NCBI GenBank assembly: GCA_947501605.1
Contig: CANMWZ010000003.1
Coordinates: 160,001 to 224,000 of the forward strand
Direction of reading: 5' to 3'
From: Planctomycetota bacterium
Lineage (GTDB): Bacteria; Planctomycetota; UBA1135; UBA2386
DNA: 64,000 nucleotides
Positions 19,053-30,105 of this stretch are shown one piece after another (the first letter of the stretch is position 1; every line of letters begins with the position of its first letter). The translations under genes and the position numbers were made by a program. Below the pieces are notes generated by a model, which was not told the origin of the DNA, ran no database searches, and saw nothing but the letters and a program-made list of their open reading frames with translations.

Positions 19053-19519
19053 GCGGTCAAGAACTCGATCGCGCCCGCTGGCAAGAAGTAGAGGATCAAC
19101 ATCTCGCCGCCGCGCACCGTCGGCACGTGCACGGAGTCCTTGCCATAGACCACCCAGCCTTCTGGTTTGCCGTCGAACTTCGGCTCGCCGCTGCGCGTGA
19201 AGCACAGATCGATCTCGCCGTTGGGATGCCGGTGCTTGGGCCCCGCCTTGTCCATCAACACAGCATCGACCGAGAAGCCGAATAGATCCTTGGCAACGCG
19301 ACCGAACCGGATGCCGCCGCTTTCCTTTGGCAGCAGCCACTCGGACGCGATGGCGGCCAATGCTGCCGCCTTCAGGTGCTCGATCTGCGCTCCCCGATGG
19401 GGCAGCAACTGTTCGCAGCGAAGGGCGGCATCCTCGTGCTCGACATCAACAGCCCGCAACGCTTCCGCAAACGGCTGCAGCAACGCAGTGAACTGCTCCT
19501 TGGTCATCGGCGTAGTCAT
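19049..19519 (-). CDS. DUF4863 / PnbB-like (hydroxylaminobenzoate lyase-like) protein
   Basis: GPKHRHPNGEIDL, FDG..GWVVY..S.H.PTV and LYFLP.GAIEF. Confidence 0.8.
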   Translation of the reverse strand: MTTPMTKEQFTALLQPFAEALRAVDVEHEDAALRCEQLLPHRGAQIEHLKAAALAAIASEWLLPKESGGIRFGRVAKDLFGFSVDAVLMDKAGPKHRHPNGEIDLCFTRSGEPKFDGKPEGWVVYGKDSVHVPTVRGGEMLILYFLPAGAIEFLTA

Positions 19520-19574
19520 CGCCCCCCTTTGTAGCAATCCGAGTGCGCGCGCTCCATCGCCCCACTGCCGAGAG

Positions 19575-20108
19575 CTACTTGGCCTTTGGTCGAAAAACCT
19601 GGACGACCGCCGGGTTGCCTTCCAGCCGCGGTCCACCGATAAGGTCGATGCAGTAGGGAATCGCCGGAAACACCGCATCGAGGCACACTCGGATTGACCC
19701 CGGTTTGCCAGGCAGCGTGACCACCAGCGCTTGGCCACAAATGGCCGCCGTCTGCCGCGACAGGATCGCGGTCGGGACGCCCGCGCGCAGCGACGCCGCG
19801 CGCATCTGTTCGCCGAAGCCCGGCAGTTCCTTGTGACAGACCTGGGCGATCGCTTCCGGTGTGACGTCGCGCGGCGAGGGCCCGGTCCCCCCCGTAGTGC
19901 AGATCAGGCAACAGCCCGAGTCTTCGAGAGCGCGGATCGACGCCGCGATGAGCAGCACGTCGTCTTTGACCATGCGGCGATCGAAGGCACACTCGGTCGC
20001 GAGGTAGTCGCGCAGCGCAGCTTCGATCGCGGGGCCCGACTCGTCGGCGTAGAGGCCGAGCGAGGCGCGATCGCTGATCGTCAGAATGCCGATGCGAGGA
20101 AGGCTCAC
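19575..20108 (-). CDS. mog: Molybdopterin adenylyltransferase MogA
   Basis: TISDRAS, TTGGTGPSPRDVTPEA, PGFGEQMR, AILSRQ and LPGKP. Start estimated (GTG 20108). Confidence 0.95.
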   Translation of the reverse strand: MSLPRIGILTISDRASLGLYADESGPAIEAALRDYLATECAFDRRMVKDDVLLIAASIRALEDSGCCLICTTGGTGPSPRDVTPEAIAQVCHKELPGFGEQMRAASLRAGVPTAILSRQTAAICGQALVVTLPGKPGSIRVCLDAVFPAIPYCIDLIGGPRLEGNPAVVQVFRPKAK

Positions 20109-20133
20109 GCTGCGCGAGGCGTCGACAAAGGGC

Positions 20134-20928
20134 TCAGCCGTTCCCACCGACAGACTTCTTCGGCGGCTCCTCGAGCAGCTTGGACCGAACGAACTCGCGG
20201 TTCATCTCGGCGATCACCCGCACCGGGATTTCCTTCGGACACACGGCCTCGCACTCGTACTGGTTCGTGCAGTTGCCAAAGCCCTCCGCATCCATCGCCG
20301 CGACCAAGCTTCGCGCCCGCGTGTCGCGCTCGACGCGACCCTGTGGCAGATGCATGAAGTGGGAGACTTTGGCGCCGACGAACAGCATCGCTGAAGCGTT
20401 CTTGCAAGCCGCGACGCAGGCCCCGCAGCCGATGCAAGTCGCGGCGTCGAACGCCCGGTCGGCGTCTTCCTTGGGCACGAGAATGGCGTTGGCATCCTGA
20501 GGCGAGCCCGTGCCGACGGAAACGAACGCGCCCGCCTGCACGACCCGGTCAAAGGCGCCGCGGTCGACGACCAGGTCCTTGACCACCGGGAAGGCTCGCG
20601 CACGCAACGGCTCGATCCAGATCTCGGCGCCGTCGCGGAAGCTGCGCATGTGCAACTGGCAGGTTGTGGTGCCGCGTTCCGGCCCGTGTGGAACGCCGTC
20701 GATGACGACTCCGCACGACCCGCAGACGCCTTCGCGGCAATCGTGATCGAAGGCGACGGGCTCCTCGCCCTTCTTGATCAGTTGCTCGTTGAGGATGTCG
20801 AGCATCTCGAGGAACGACATGTCGGGCGACACGTGGTCCAGCGTGTAGCGGACCATCTTGCCGTCTTGGGCGAAGTCGTTGGCAGAGGACGCCTTGCTCT
20901 GACGCCAGATGTTGAGAGTGACCTTCAT
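20134..20928 (-). CDS. sdhB: Succinate dehydrogenase/fumarate reductase iron-sulfur subunit
   Basis: [21 protein letters not shown] and [11 protein letters not shown]. Confidence 0.97.
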   Translation of the reverse strand: MKVTLNIWRQSKASSANDFAQDGKMVRYTLDHVSPDMSFLEMLDILNEQLIKKGEEPVAFDHDCREGVCGSCGVVIDGVPHGPERGTTTCQLHMRSFRDGAEIWIEPLRARAFPVVKDLVVDRGAFDRVVQAGAFVSVGTGSPQDANAILVPKEDADRAFDAATCIGCGACVAACKNASAMLFVGAKVSHFMHLPQGRVERDTRARSLVAAMDAEGFGNCTNQYECEAVCPKEIPVRVIAEMNREFVRSKLLEEPPKKSVGGNG

Positions 20929-20942
20929 CGCTCGCGTCTCGC

Positions 20943-22853
20943 TCACTTGTAGCTCCGCACCGCGAGGTGCACGTTCTCGAACTCCAACTGCTCTTCGTGT
21001 CGAACCGGCGTCTTGTCGCGCCCGGCGTACTCCCACACCGCCGCGTGGCGGAACTTGTCGTCGTCGCGCTTGGCCTCGCCGTCGTCTTGCCATTCCTCGC
21101 GGAAGTGGCCACCGCACGACTCACGCCGCTCGAGCGCGTCGCGGCACATCAGTTCGCCGAACTCCAAGAAGTCGGCAACACGACCAGCCAGTTCCAGCGA
21201 TTGGTTCATCGTGGCTCCGCTACCGAGGACTTTGACGTCGGTCCAGAACTCGGCGCGCAACGCTTGAATCTCCGCGATCGCCTGCTTGAGGCCCGCCTCG
21301 CTGCGCTGCATGCCGCACTTGCTCCACATGATCTTGCCCAGGGCGCGGTGGAAGTCGTCGACAGTGCGCTTGCCTTGGATCGACAGGAACTTCTTGGTCA
21401 TCGCGTTGACCTCGGCAATCGCCTGTTGGAACTCAGGTCGGTCCGGGCTCACCGCGCCTGGCTTCTGGCCGGCAAGGTAGCCACCGATCGTGTAGGGGAT
21501 GACGAAGTAGCCGTCCGCCAAACCCTGCATCAGGGCCGAGGCCCCGAGGCGGTTGGCGCCGTGGTCGCTGAAGTTCGCCTCGCCGAGCACGAACAATCCA
21601 GGGATCGTCGACTGCAAGTCGTAATCGACCCACAGTCCGCCCATCGTGTAATGGACCGCCGGGAAGATGCGCATCGGCTGCGAGTACGGATCCTCAGCGG
21701 TGATCTTCGCGTACATGTGGAACAGGTTGCCGTATCGCGCCGCGATCGCATCCTTGCCCAGACGCTTGATGCTGTCGCGGAAGTCGAGGTAGACACCGAG
21801 GCCGGTCTCGCCGATGCCCCGGCCCTCGTCGCAGACCTGCATCGACGCGCGCGAGGCGATGTCGCGGGGAGCGAGGTTGCCGTAGCTCGGATACTTGCGC
21901 TCGAGATAGTAGTCGCGCTCGCCGTCAGGGATGTCGGCGGGCTTGCGCGTGTCGCGGGCCTTCTTCGGCACCCATACGCGGCCGTCGTTGCGCAGCGATT
22001 CTGACATCAACGTCAGCTTCGACTGATGGTCGCCGCTGACGGGGATGCAGGTCGGATGGATCTGCGTGTAGCACGGGTTGGCGAAGCCAGCGCCGCGCTT
22101 GTAGCTGCGCCACGTCGCCGTGACGTTGCAGCCCTTGGCATTGGTGCTCAAGTAGAACACGTTGCCGTAGCCACCAGTCGCGAGCACGACAGCATCGCCC
22201 TGATGCGCCGTGACCTCGCCGGTGACGAGGTTGCGAACGATGATGCCCTTGGCGTGACCATCGACGACGACGAGGTCGAGCATCTCGGTGCGCGAGAACA
22301 TCTTGACCGCGCCGAGCCCGATCTGCCGCGACAGCGCCGAGTAGGCGCCGAGCAGCAGTTGCTGACCGGTCTGACCGCGGGCGTAGAACGTGCGCGACAC
22401 CTGCGCCCCGCCAAAGCTGCGGTTGTCGAGCAGACCGCTGTACTCCCGCGCGAACGGCACGCCCTGCGCGACGGCCTGGTCGATGATGTTCACGCTGAGT
22501 TGGGCCAGTCGGTAGACGTTGGCCTCGCGGGCGCGGAAGTCACCGCCCTTCACGGTGTCGTAGAACAGGCGCCAGACGGAGTCGCCGTCGTTGCGGTAGT
22601 TCTTGGCCGCGTTGATGCCACCCTGGGCCGCGATCGAGTGAGCGCGCCGCGGGCTGTCCTGGAAGCAAAAGCACTCGACCTGGTAGCCGAGTTCCGCCAG
22701 CGACGAGGCGGCCGAGGCGCCAGCGAGCCCAGAGCCCACCACAAGGACCTTGTACTTCCGCTTGTTGGCGGGATTGACCAACTTCAGTTCGAAGCGGCGC
22801 TTCTCCCACTTGTCTTGGACGGGACCATCGGGAATGCGTGCGTCGAGATTCAT
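20943..22853 (-). CDS. sdhA: Succinate dehydrogenase/fumarate reductase flavoprotein subunit
   Basis: [37 protein letters not shown] and RESCGGH. Confidence 0.97.
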   Translation of the reverse strand: MNLDARIPDGPVQDKWEKRRFELKLVNPANKRKYKVLVVGSGLAGASAASSLAELGYQVECFCFQDSPRRAHSIAAQGGINAAKNYRNDGDSVWRLFYDTVKGGDFRAREANVYRLAQLSVNIIDQAVAQGVPFAREYSGLLDNRSFGGAQVSRTFYARGQTGQQLLLGAYSALSRQIGLGAVKMFSRTEMLDLVVVDGHAKGIIVRNLVTGEVTAHQGDAVVLATGGYGNVFYLSTNAKGCNVTATWRSYKRGAGFANPCYTQIHPTCIPVSGDHQSKLTLMSESLRNDGRVWVPKKARDTRKPADIPDGERDYYLERKYPSYGNLAPRDIASRASMQVCDEGRGIGETGLGVYLDFRDSIKRLGKDAIAARYGNLFHMYAKITAEDPYSQPMRIFPAVHYTMGGLWVDYDLQSTIPGLFVLGEANFSDHGANRLGASALMQGLADGYFVIPYTIGGYLAGQKPGAVSPDRPEFQQAIAEVNAMTKKFLSIQGKRTVDDFHRALGKIMWSKCGMQRSEAGLKQAIAEIQALRAEFWTDVKVLGSGATMNQSLELAGRVADFLEFGELMCRDALERRESCGGHFREEWQDDGEAKRDDDKFRHAAVWEYAGRDKTPVRHEEQLEFENVHLAVRSYK

Positions 22854-23536
22854 GCGACCGCCTTGACCAACCCGAGCATCGGGGCGAGTGCGAGCAGGAT
22901 GTTGCCACCGGCGACCAGCGCCGCGAGCAGGAACGACAAGGACTTGATCTTCGGTGTGTAGCGCGCGTGGTTGACGCCGATCGTCTGCGCGAACGACTGC
23001 AGACCATGGCTCAGGTGGAAGAACAGCAGCACCTGGAACGCGATGTAGGCGAACGCGATCGGCGCCTGGCTGAAACTGGCCACGACCATCGCGTAGACGT
23101 CGTGTCCGCCGCCGCCTTGCTTCAGCACGTAGTCATCCCCGTGGACGGCACCAAACGTGAAGTGCATCAGGTGGTAGACGACGAATGCCAGCAGGGAGAG
23201 GCCCGAGAGCAGCATCGAGCGCGACGCAAAGGTCGCCTGGATGGTCTCCTCCCGTGCGTAGGGCACCGGCCTCGCCTTCTTGTTGGCGCGGCTCAGCCGG
23301 ATGGCGGTCGCCACGTGCAGCACAAAGATCGCCAGCAACGAGAGGCGCGCCACCCACAGCAGCGGGCCCAGGTCGGCAAGCATCTTGGCGTAGCCATTCA
23401 GCTTCTCGGGCCCGGCGAAGATCTGGAGATTGCCAACGAGGTGCGCGACCACGAAGAGGAAGAGCAGAACGCCCGTGATAGCCATCAGCGTCTTGCTGCC
23501 GATGGACGAGCGCCAGAATGCGTGGGTCCGGCTCAT
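22850..23536 (-). CDS. sdhC: Succinate dehydrogenase cytochrome b subunit (type B, 5 TM)
   Basis: SSIG.K..MAITG, conserved His residues (HLVGN, LHV, HLMH, HLSHG); directly upstream of sdhA. Start 23536 or 23578. Confidence 0.93.
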   Translation of the reverse strand: MSRTHAFWRSSIGSKTLMAITGVLLFLFVVAHLVGNLQIFAGPEKLNGYAKMLADLGPLLWVARLSLLAIFVLHVATAIRLSRANKKARPVPYAREETIQATFASRSMLLSGLSLLAFVVYHLMHFTFGAVHGDDYVLKQGGGGHDVYAMVVASFSQAPIAFAYIAFQVLLFFHLSHGLQSFAQTIGVNHARYTPKIKSLSFLLAALVAGGNILLALAPMLGLVKAVA

Positions 23537-23764
23537 GTAGGTTTGCGGCCGAACAGGATCGGGGGTGAGGGTCAGCATTGCAACATGCCGCTCAGGTCGA
23601 TGTCGCTCGTGGCGGGACTGCGCCCAACTGGCAGAATGCAGCCGAGGACGCTTTAATGCGTCACTTCGACCGCGCGCCCGGCGCGGATGCCGAGCCCACG
23701 CAAGGCAACCGTTATTCAGTGTCCCTGCAGCTCCCCAGTCCCCTCAGCTCTCCCAGGAGGTTCC

Positions 23765-26053
23765 ATGCCCCGTCCCGCTTCCCCCAGGCTCGCGCCCGTA
23801 TGCGGAGTTCTCGCCGCCCTCGTAGCCGTGGTCGCCATGCCTGCCCAGCAGGTCCCGCTCCTCGGCCATTGGCATCCAGTCGCGGTCGAGAGTGGCGTGC
23901 ACGCCAACCCCATGCCGATCGCCGGAGTCGTCTGGCGCGAGTTCTTGGTTCTGCCCGAGGCCAATCCGTGGCTGCGAGTGTACTTCGCCGACGCGAACCT
24001 CGAAGGTGACAGCTATCTGCGCATCGCCTCCTTGCTCGACGGCGACGTGCAGATCCTCAATCGCAAGAGCCTGGAGCAGTGGTCGAACAGCACGGCCTAC
24101 TTCAACGGCAACGGCGTGATGATCGAGCTGGTTGCGGCGCCTGGGACCCACAAGAACTTCGTCGAGATCGAACGGGTCTTCGCCGCCGACGTGATCGCCG
24201 ATGTGCAGCCGCTGGAGACGATCTGCGGTGCCACCGACAACCGCGTCCCGAGCAGCGATCCGCGCGCCGGCCGCATCCTTGGCGTCGGTTGCTCGGGCTG
24301 GATCATCAGCACCGCCACCACCAACCCCAACGAGCGCCTGCACCTCTCGGCGGGTCACTGCTACGCCACCGGCCAGGTGCTCCAGTTCAACGTTCCAGCC
24401 TCGGCATCGTCGTGTGCCTTGATCAATCCACCGGCCAACTTCCAGTTTGCCATCGACTCCGCCGGTTCGCTGTCGAACAACGGCGGCATCGGCAATGACT
24501 GGTGGGTCTTCAAGTGCTTCCCGAACTCGAACACCGGGCTCACGACCTTCCAGGCTATGGGCCAAGCCTTCAACCTCGCGACGTCGATGCCAGCCACCAG
24601 CACGACGCTGGTCAACTGGGGCTACGGTGTCGACGGCACCCCCGCCAACGACGGCGCCAACGCCAGCAGTTGCTCGTGCGCCAGCGGCAGCGGCGCTCGC
24701 AACCAGACGCAGCAGACACACACCGGCCCCTTGACTGCGGTCAGCGGCACGACCATCACCCACCAGGTCGACACCTGCGGCGGCAACTCGGGCTCGGTCG
24801 TCGCCATCAATGCCACCGGCGTCGCCATCGCGATCCACACCAACGCCGGCTGCACGACGACCACGGGGAGCAACTCAGGTACGGCGGTGACCCTCGGCGC
24901 CTTGCAGACAGCCATCACGGCGCTGTCGACCGGCAGCTCCACACCGCCGGCAAACGACGCCTGCGCCAACGCCACGGTGCTCGCGCGCGGCAACAACGGC
25001 CCGTTCAGCAGCTTGTTCGCGACCGCTGGCTCGCCGTTCGCCTGCGTGCCGTCGGGCACGAACGATGTCTGGTTCACCTACGCCGCCACGGCCACCGGGC
25101 TGCACACCTTTGCGACCTGCTCGGCGACCCGCAACTTTGACACCGTACTCGAAGTGTTCTCGGGCACCTGCGCCGCCCTCAGCTCGCTCGCCTGCAACGA
25201 CGACAGCTGCACAGTCGGTTCGTCGGTCACGGTCACGCTGACTGCGGGCCAGACCTACCGCATCCACGTCGGCGGCTTCAACGCCGCAGTTGGCAACTTC
25301 GATATCGCCGTCACCGCGCCCAACGTTGCCGGCGACGACTGCACCGCCCCGATCCCGATCGTGCTCGGCCAGAACGGCATCTACACCAACAACGCTGCGA
25401 CGCTGTCGACGCCGGCCTGGACCTGCGGCCTCGGCAACATGAACGACCTGTGGTTCTCGTTCACGGCCAACTGCACGGCACCGACGACGTTTGCGACCTG
25501 CCCCGTCGGTCGCACCCTGGACACGGTGATGTCGATCTACTCGGGAGCCTGCGCCACTCCGACGCTGCTCGCCTGCAACGACGACTTCTGCACCCTCGGC
25601 TCGCAGTTGACCGTCAATATGACGGCGGGCCAGACCTACCTCGTGCGCGTCGGCGGCTACAACAACACGTTCGGCTCGTTCTTCTTGACGGCAGCCTGCG
25701 GCACCAGCACGGGCACGATGAGCACCAACCTCACGGCCTGTGGCTCGGCGACGTTTGCGGTAACCGGCAGCCCGAACATCCTCGGCACGCTGCAGTGCAC
25801 CGTCAGCGGCGCGACCGGCCTGCCCTTCGTCGGCTACGGCTTCAATCTGACGCCCATTCCCTTCTGCGGCTGCACGTTTGGCCACAACTGGGAAGCAGCG
25901 TTCTTCGGCAGCGTCACCAATTTGACGATCCCGTGCGATCCGTTCTTCATCGGCTTGCAGTTCGGCCTCCAAGGCATGGACCTTGGCAGCACGACCGGTT
26001 GCGCGTCGCCCCAACTCTCGACCACCAATACGGTCGTCGTCACGATCGGCTGA
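23765..26053 (+). CDS. Secreted trypsin-like (S1) serine protease with two Cys-rich repeats and a C-terminal beta domain
   Basis: AGGAGG RBS at 23755-23760; triad SAGHC / NDW / GGNSGS; two ~120-aa repeats (NDAC/DDC..ND.WF..DTV...SG.C...LACNDD.C..AGQTY...VGG). Confidence 0.88.
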   Translation: MPRPASPRLAPVCGVLAALVAVVAMPAQQVPLLGHWHPVAVESGVHANPMPIAGVVWREFLVLPEANPWLRVYFADANLEGDSYLRIASLLDGDVQILNRKSLEQWSNSTAYFNGNGVMIELVAAPGTHKNFVEIERVFAADVIADVQPLETICGATDNRVPSSDPRAGRILGVGCSGWIISTATTNPNERLHLSAGHCYATGQVLQFNVPASASSCALINPPANFQFAIDSAGSLSNNGGIGNDWWVFKCFPNSNTGLTTFQAMGQAFNLATSMPATSTTLVNWGYGVDGTPANDGANASSCSCASGSGARNQTQQTHTGPLTAVSGTTITHQVDTCGGNSGSVVAINATGVAIAIHTNAGCTTTTGSNSGTAVTLGALQTAITALSTGSSTPPANDACANATVLARGNNGPFSSLFATAGSPFACVPSGTNDVWFTYAATATGLHTFATCSATRNFDTVLEVFSGTCAALSSLACNDDSCTVGSSVTVTLTAGQTYRIHVGGFNAAVGNFDIAVTAPNVAGDDCTAPIPIVLGQNGIYTNNAATLSTPAWTCGLGNMNDLWFSFTANCTAPTTFATCPVGRTLDTVMSIYSGACATPTLLACNDDFCTLGSQLTVNMTAGQTYLVRVGGYNNTFGSFFLTAACGTSTGTMSTNLTACGSATFAVTGSPNILGTLQCTVSGATGLPFVGYGFNLTPIPFCGCTFGHNWEAAFFGSVTNLTIPCDPFFIGLQFGLQGMDLGSTTGCASPQLSTTNTVVVTIG

Positions 26054-26061
26054 CGCGCAAC

Positions 26062-26883
26062 TCAGTGCTCGAACCGGCGGGCCTTCAAGAAGTGAAGGAC
26101 CTGCCGGCTGGTTGCGGGCGAGGACGCGATCGCCGTGTGCGAAAGAGCAAGCACGATGCGATCCGCCGCACCTGCCAGCGAGGCCTCGACAACGGCAACC
26201 GTGCCGTCGTCGTCACCCGGAATGGAGGTGTTTCCCTCGCCGAGGTTGCCAACGACGACGCCGCTGCGTTCGACGAACCGGATTGGGCGGGCGTGGATCG
26301 GATCGCCGGGACTCAGCTGCAGCGCGGCGCCCGTTCCCATGATCCACGGGAACGGCCACCAGTGCTTGCGCAGATCGCACAGCACTGCGCCGCGATGCGG
26401 CACGGCGACGTAGACGCACGCAAACGGTAGGCGCGCATCGGACCGCCGAAGATAGTCCTGGATCACGAGCCCACCGAGCGAGTGACCGACGAACGCGACC
26501 TCCACCGGCGATCTGCAGGCGGCGACGGCAGCCTCGGCGACCGACGCGAGCCTGGCACTCGCCTCCTCGATGGTCATGGCCGTGCTCGGATAGCCTTCGT
26601 TGCAGACGACATAGCCGTGCGCCTCCAGTGCGCGCTGCAGGCATTTCATCGCCCATTGCGATCGCCAGAGCCCATGTTGGAGCACGACGAGACGAGTCCT
26701 GCCGTCGTTGTCGGCGCGGAGTGCAGGGTCGAGCGGTAGATCGCCGAGGTTCCATGCGACATCGAATGGCAACGACGGCGGCATGCCGAACAGCACTGCT
26801 GCCCCATAGAGCCCTGCGAGGGTCCCGATCACCAACCCACCAGTGCGGCACCGCGACGGCCGCGCGCGGTCAGACGCCGTCAT
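26062..26883 (-). CDS. Lipase-like alpha/beta hydrolase
   Basis: VLQHGL, GHSLGG, P..GA, DDGTVAV and SHT. Start estimated. Confidence 0.85.
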   Translation of the reverse strand: MTASDRARPSRCRTGGLVIGTLAGLYGAAVLFGMPPSLPFDVAWNLGDLPLDPALRADNDGRTRLVVLQHGLWRSQWAMKCLQRALEAHGYVVCNEGYPSTAMTIEEASARLASVAEAAVAACRSPVEVAFVGHSLGGLVIQDYLRRSDARLPFACVYVAVPHRGAVLCDLRKHWWPFPWIMGTGAALQLSPGDPIHARPIRFVERSGVVVGNLGEGNTSIPGDDDGTVAVVEASLAGAADRIVLALSHTAIASSPATSRQVLHFLKARRFEH

Positions 26884-27514
26884 AGGCGCCGTGGCCACCG
26901 TGCAGATGCACGGCTTGGTCCTTCGCCGCGACCAGTTCGGACTCGCGCAGCGAAAGGGGCTGGAAGCGACTGCGAACGGTGGCTTCGTCCGACATCGCCA
27001 CGGCGATGTCGAGGTAGACGCAGCGATGTCGCGCTTCGGCCTCGACCAGATCGAGGTAGAACTCGCTGGCGTCCGGGTCCGTTCCGGCAAGAGCGTGTCC
27101 GAGTGCTTGCATGCGTTCGTGCGAGCGCGCCTCGATCAACGCCGAGACCAACAACTCGTCGATCACGCGCTCGGGCGCCGCCGACGCGCAGGCAGCCTTG
27201 AGCTTGCCGGCATAGCCTGACGGCGCTTGTTGCACATAGCGGATGCCGCGCAACTCGAGCTGCCGCAGTGTGCGCTCGAAGTGCACGAGTTCCTCGCGCG
27301 CAAGATACGACAGGGCGCGCTGGATCCAGATCTCCTGCGGCAGCACGAACAGAAAGCGGGCGGCCGCAGCGGCGGCCTTCTTCTCCAGGTGCGCCTGCTC
27401 GATCAGCAGCAAAGGCAGGTTCTGGGCAGCTGCCAACGCCCACGCACGCGGCGTTGTCGAACGCAGAACACAGGCGTCGTGCAGGCTCTCGGACAACGGC
27501 GGCGACGTGGACAC
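26870..27514 (-). CDS. miaE: tRNA-(ms2io6A37) hydroxylase MiaE
   Basis: AHLEKKAA, LAREELVHF, LIEARSHER and EAEARH diiron motifs. Start estimated (GTG). Confidence 0.88.
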   Translation of the reverse strand: MSTSPPLSESLHDACVLRSTTPRAWALAAAQNLPLLLIEQAHLEKKAAAAAARFLFVLPQEIWIQRALSYLAREELVHFERTLRQLELRGIRYVQQAPSGYAGKLKAACASAAPERVIDELLVSALIEARSHERMQALGHALAGTDPDASEFYLDLVEAEARHRCVYLDIAVAMSDEATVRSRFQPLSLRESELVAAKDQAVHLHGGHGAYDGV

Positions 27515-27561
27515 ACGAACACCATCGCAGAGGAGCAGGCGACTGTCCACCGGCGGCCTCG

Positions 27562-30105
27562 TCAACGCGGCTGCAGTTCGACGGCGGACCACGGCGTGAT
27601 CCGCTCTCGGTGTCGCTGCCGCATCGCCGCAACCTGTGGCGGTGTGATGCAACTCGCGCGATGGCCGAAGGCACGGCGCAGGTAACTGAGAGCCGCGGCG
27701 AGGTCCTCATCGCCGAGGTGCGATTGCGCCGGCATCTCGCCATCAAAGGTCGCACCCGCAGCGCGCAAGGGTCCGCGCACACCATGCAAGGCGACCTGGA
27801 GCAGGAGCCCGGGATCTCCGATCACCCACTCCGATGAGCGCAGCGGCGGAGCGAGACCTGGCAGGCCCTGGCCTTCGGTCTGGTGGCAGGCGGCGCAGTA
27901 GGCACCGTAGACCCGAGCGCCTGCCGCCACGCGCGCGCGTTCGGCAGGCAGCAGCATCGAAGCGTCGTTGTCCACCGCAGTCGCCGCCGCGTCGGCGCGA
28001 AGCTCGATGGCGGCGAGGAGTTGTTGGACCAAGACCGTGACTTCGGGCCGACCCGTTCGCAACATCGCCGGCAAGGCCGGCGGTGTCACCACGAAGGAGT
28101 AGAAGCCACGCGCCGCGGTCGCAGCCGTCGGAATCGCGGCGCACAAGCCGTGCAAGAGCGCGACCTGCTGGCGAGGATCCATGGCTGCAGCCGCCCGCTG
28201 CAACACCGCCTCGTGCAGCGCCGGATCCCTGGCCTGACCGACCCCGAGAGCCACCGCCCGCAACGCTTTCTCGACCCCCGAGTCGAATGGCATGGCGATG
28301 AGAACTCGCGCGAGTTCTACCGGATCGGACTGCGCACTGCTGGCGACGGCACCGGTAATTACCGCATCGTCGCGCGCGCGCGCTGCAAGCCTCGCCAACA
28401 AGGCGAAGGCTCGACCTTGGTGCGCACCCGACACGTCGCCGAGTGCCAGCGCAAGGTGCCAGAGCACGCACGGCGCCGCCGCGTCGACCAGATGCTCGCA
28501 CTGCGCAAACAGCACTCGATCGCCCCGACTGAGTTCGGTGGCGACAAACTGCAAGGCCAGACACAGCAGACCTGCGTCCGTCGCATGCAAGGCGCGGCGC
28601 AGATCGTCGCACCTCAGTTCGCCCAGACCGTGCAAGGTGGCGAGCGCATGCAGGGACCCCGGCACCGCGCCCGTTTGCAGCAGTGCGCGCAATGGCAGCA
28701 CGGCGCGAATGTCCTGCTGCTCGACCAAGCGCTGTTGGGCGCGATCGCGCACGAAGCCATCGGCCGCCGCCAACTGGGCGACCAGAGCTGCGGGATCGAC
28801 AACCGAAGACGCGACCTGAGCTACCCGCGCAGCATCGGCATCGACGATGCGCCAGATGCGACCAAGACCGATCGGGCGCTCGAGACGGCGATCGAGGATC
28901 TGTTGGCGCAGAAAGGTCGTGACGAAGTTCTTGTGCTGGATGACGCCGCGATACATGTCCACGACGTAGAGCGCGCCATCAGGACCTTGGGTCAAGTTCA
29001 CGGGACGGAAACGTTCATCCGTCGAGGTGAGAAACTCCGCGCCCTCATGAGCATTCGCACCCGACATGTAGGCGTCGTGATCGCGCAGTCGAATCCGTCG
29101 CACGAGGTTGCCGGCAGGCTCGCAGACAAAGGCATCGCCATTGCATCCGGACAAGGCCGAACCGCGGTAGAGGAACGGCGCGCATGCAGCCGTGTGCCGC
29201 TGGAGCCACCCATCCTTGAGCATGCCAGCGCGACCGCCCCGATTGACCCCTGGCGTGATCCGCGACGGAAACACGCGCCCATCCGGCACCAGACGTTGGT
29301 TCTGGCCAGGCAGCAGCGCTGCGGGCTGCGTTCGCGCGCCATAGTGACGCGGCACAAGATCGCAGCGCAGCCAATCCTCGTTGTAGTTGAAGTAGAGGCG
29401 GCCGCGATCGTCCTGGCTAAGACCCCACTGTCCCGCCAACACGGTGCGTTCGATCGCGAACGACACGCCAGCGGCGGTGCGCCGCCAACGCAACATGCGC
29501 GCGTCGTCGGCGAGGTGGATCCGGTTGTCGAGCCCCCACAACAACCCGTTGCCGCTGTGTTCGGGATTGACGATGCCGCTGTCGAAACCGTCACACACAA
29601 CCTCGGTGCGATCGGCGCGCAGATCCCCGTCCTCGTCAACCGCCCACAGCAACACCGGCGGTGCGATCACGAGCGCGCCACCACGGAGGGGCAGGACCGC
29701 CCGCGGCAGTACGAGGTCCCCGAGGAACGGAACAGCTTCGTCCATACGGCCGTCGCCGTCGCGATCGCGCAGCACCAAGACGCAACCGTCGGGCGTGCGT
29801 TCGCCGTCGGCGTCCACGGTGCGCATGTAACTGCGCATCGCGACGACCCAGAGGTTGCCATCGCCATCGAACACCGCGTGCACGGGATCGCCAAGCAACG
29901 GCTCGCTCGCTACCAGTTCGGCGCGGAAGCCAGGCTGCAGGCGCAGGGTCGCAAGCTCTTCGGCCGGCGTGCGCACCACCGCGTCTGGAACCAAAAGGCC
30001 TGGCTGCAACGTCGCCCGATCTTCGTCGGCGCGGTCCCCCTGCTGCGCGAGCAGGGGCGAGAGCGCCAGCATGCCCCACACCAGAGCGGCCGCAGTGTGG
30101 CTCAC
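27562..30105 (-). CDS. PVC-type heme-binding putative dehydrogenase (beta-propeller + HEAT-like + cytochrome c)
   Basis: GFRAELVASEPL, D.DGDGRMD, EFLTSTDERFRPVN..GPDGALYVVDMYRG and C-terminal CAACH..MP. Confidence 0.88.
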   Translation of the reverse strand: MSHTAAALVWGMLALSPLLAQQGDRADEDRATLQPGLLVPDAVVRTPAEELATLRLQPGFRAELVASEPLLGDPVHAVFDGDGNLWVVAMRSYMRTVDADGERTPDGCVLVLRDRDGDGRMDEAVPFLGDLVLPRAVLPLRGGALVIAPPVLLWAVDEDGDLRADRTEVVCDGFDSGIVNPEHSGNGLLWGLDNRIHLADDARMLRWRRTAAGVSFAIERTVLAGQWGLSQDDRGRLYFNYNEDWLRCDLVPRHYGARTQPAALLPGQNQRLVPDGRVFPSRITPGVNRGGRAGMLKDGWLQRHTAACAPFLYRGSALSGCNGDAFVCEPAGNLVRRIRLRDHDAYMSGANAHEGAEFLTSTDERFRPVNLTQGPDGALYVVDMYRGVIQHKNFVTTFLRQQILDRRLERPIGLGRIWRIVDADAARVAQVASSVVDPAALVAQLAAADGFVRDRAQQRLVEQQDIRAVLPLRALLQTGAVPGSLHALATLHGLGELRCDDLRRALHATDAGLLCLALQFVATELSRGDRVLFAQCEHLVDAAAPCVLWHLALALGDVSGAHQGRAFALLARLAARARDDAVITGAVASSAQSDPVELARVLIAMPFDSGVEKALRAVALGVGQARDPALHEAVLQRAAAAMDPRQQVALLHGLCAAIPTAATAARGFYSFVVTPPALPAMLRTGRPEVTVLVQQLLAAIELRADAAATAVDNDASMLLPAERARVAAGARVYGAYCAACHQTEGQGLPGLAPPLRSSEWVIGDPGLLLQVALHGVRGPLRAAGATFDGEMPAQSHLGDEDLAAALSYLRRAFGHRASCITPPQVAAMRQRHRERITPWSAVELQPR

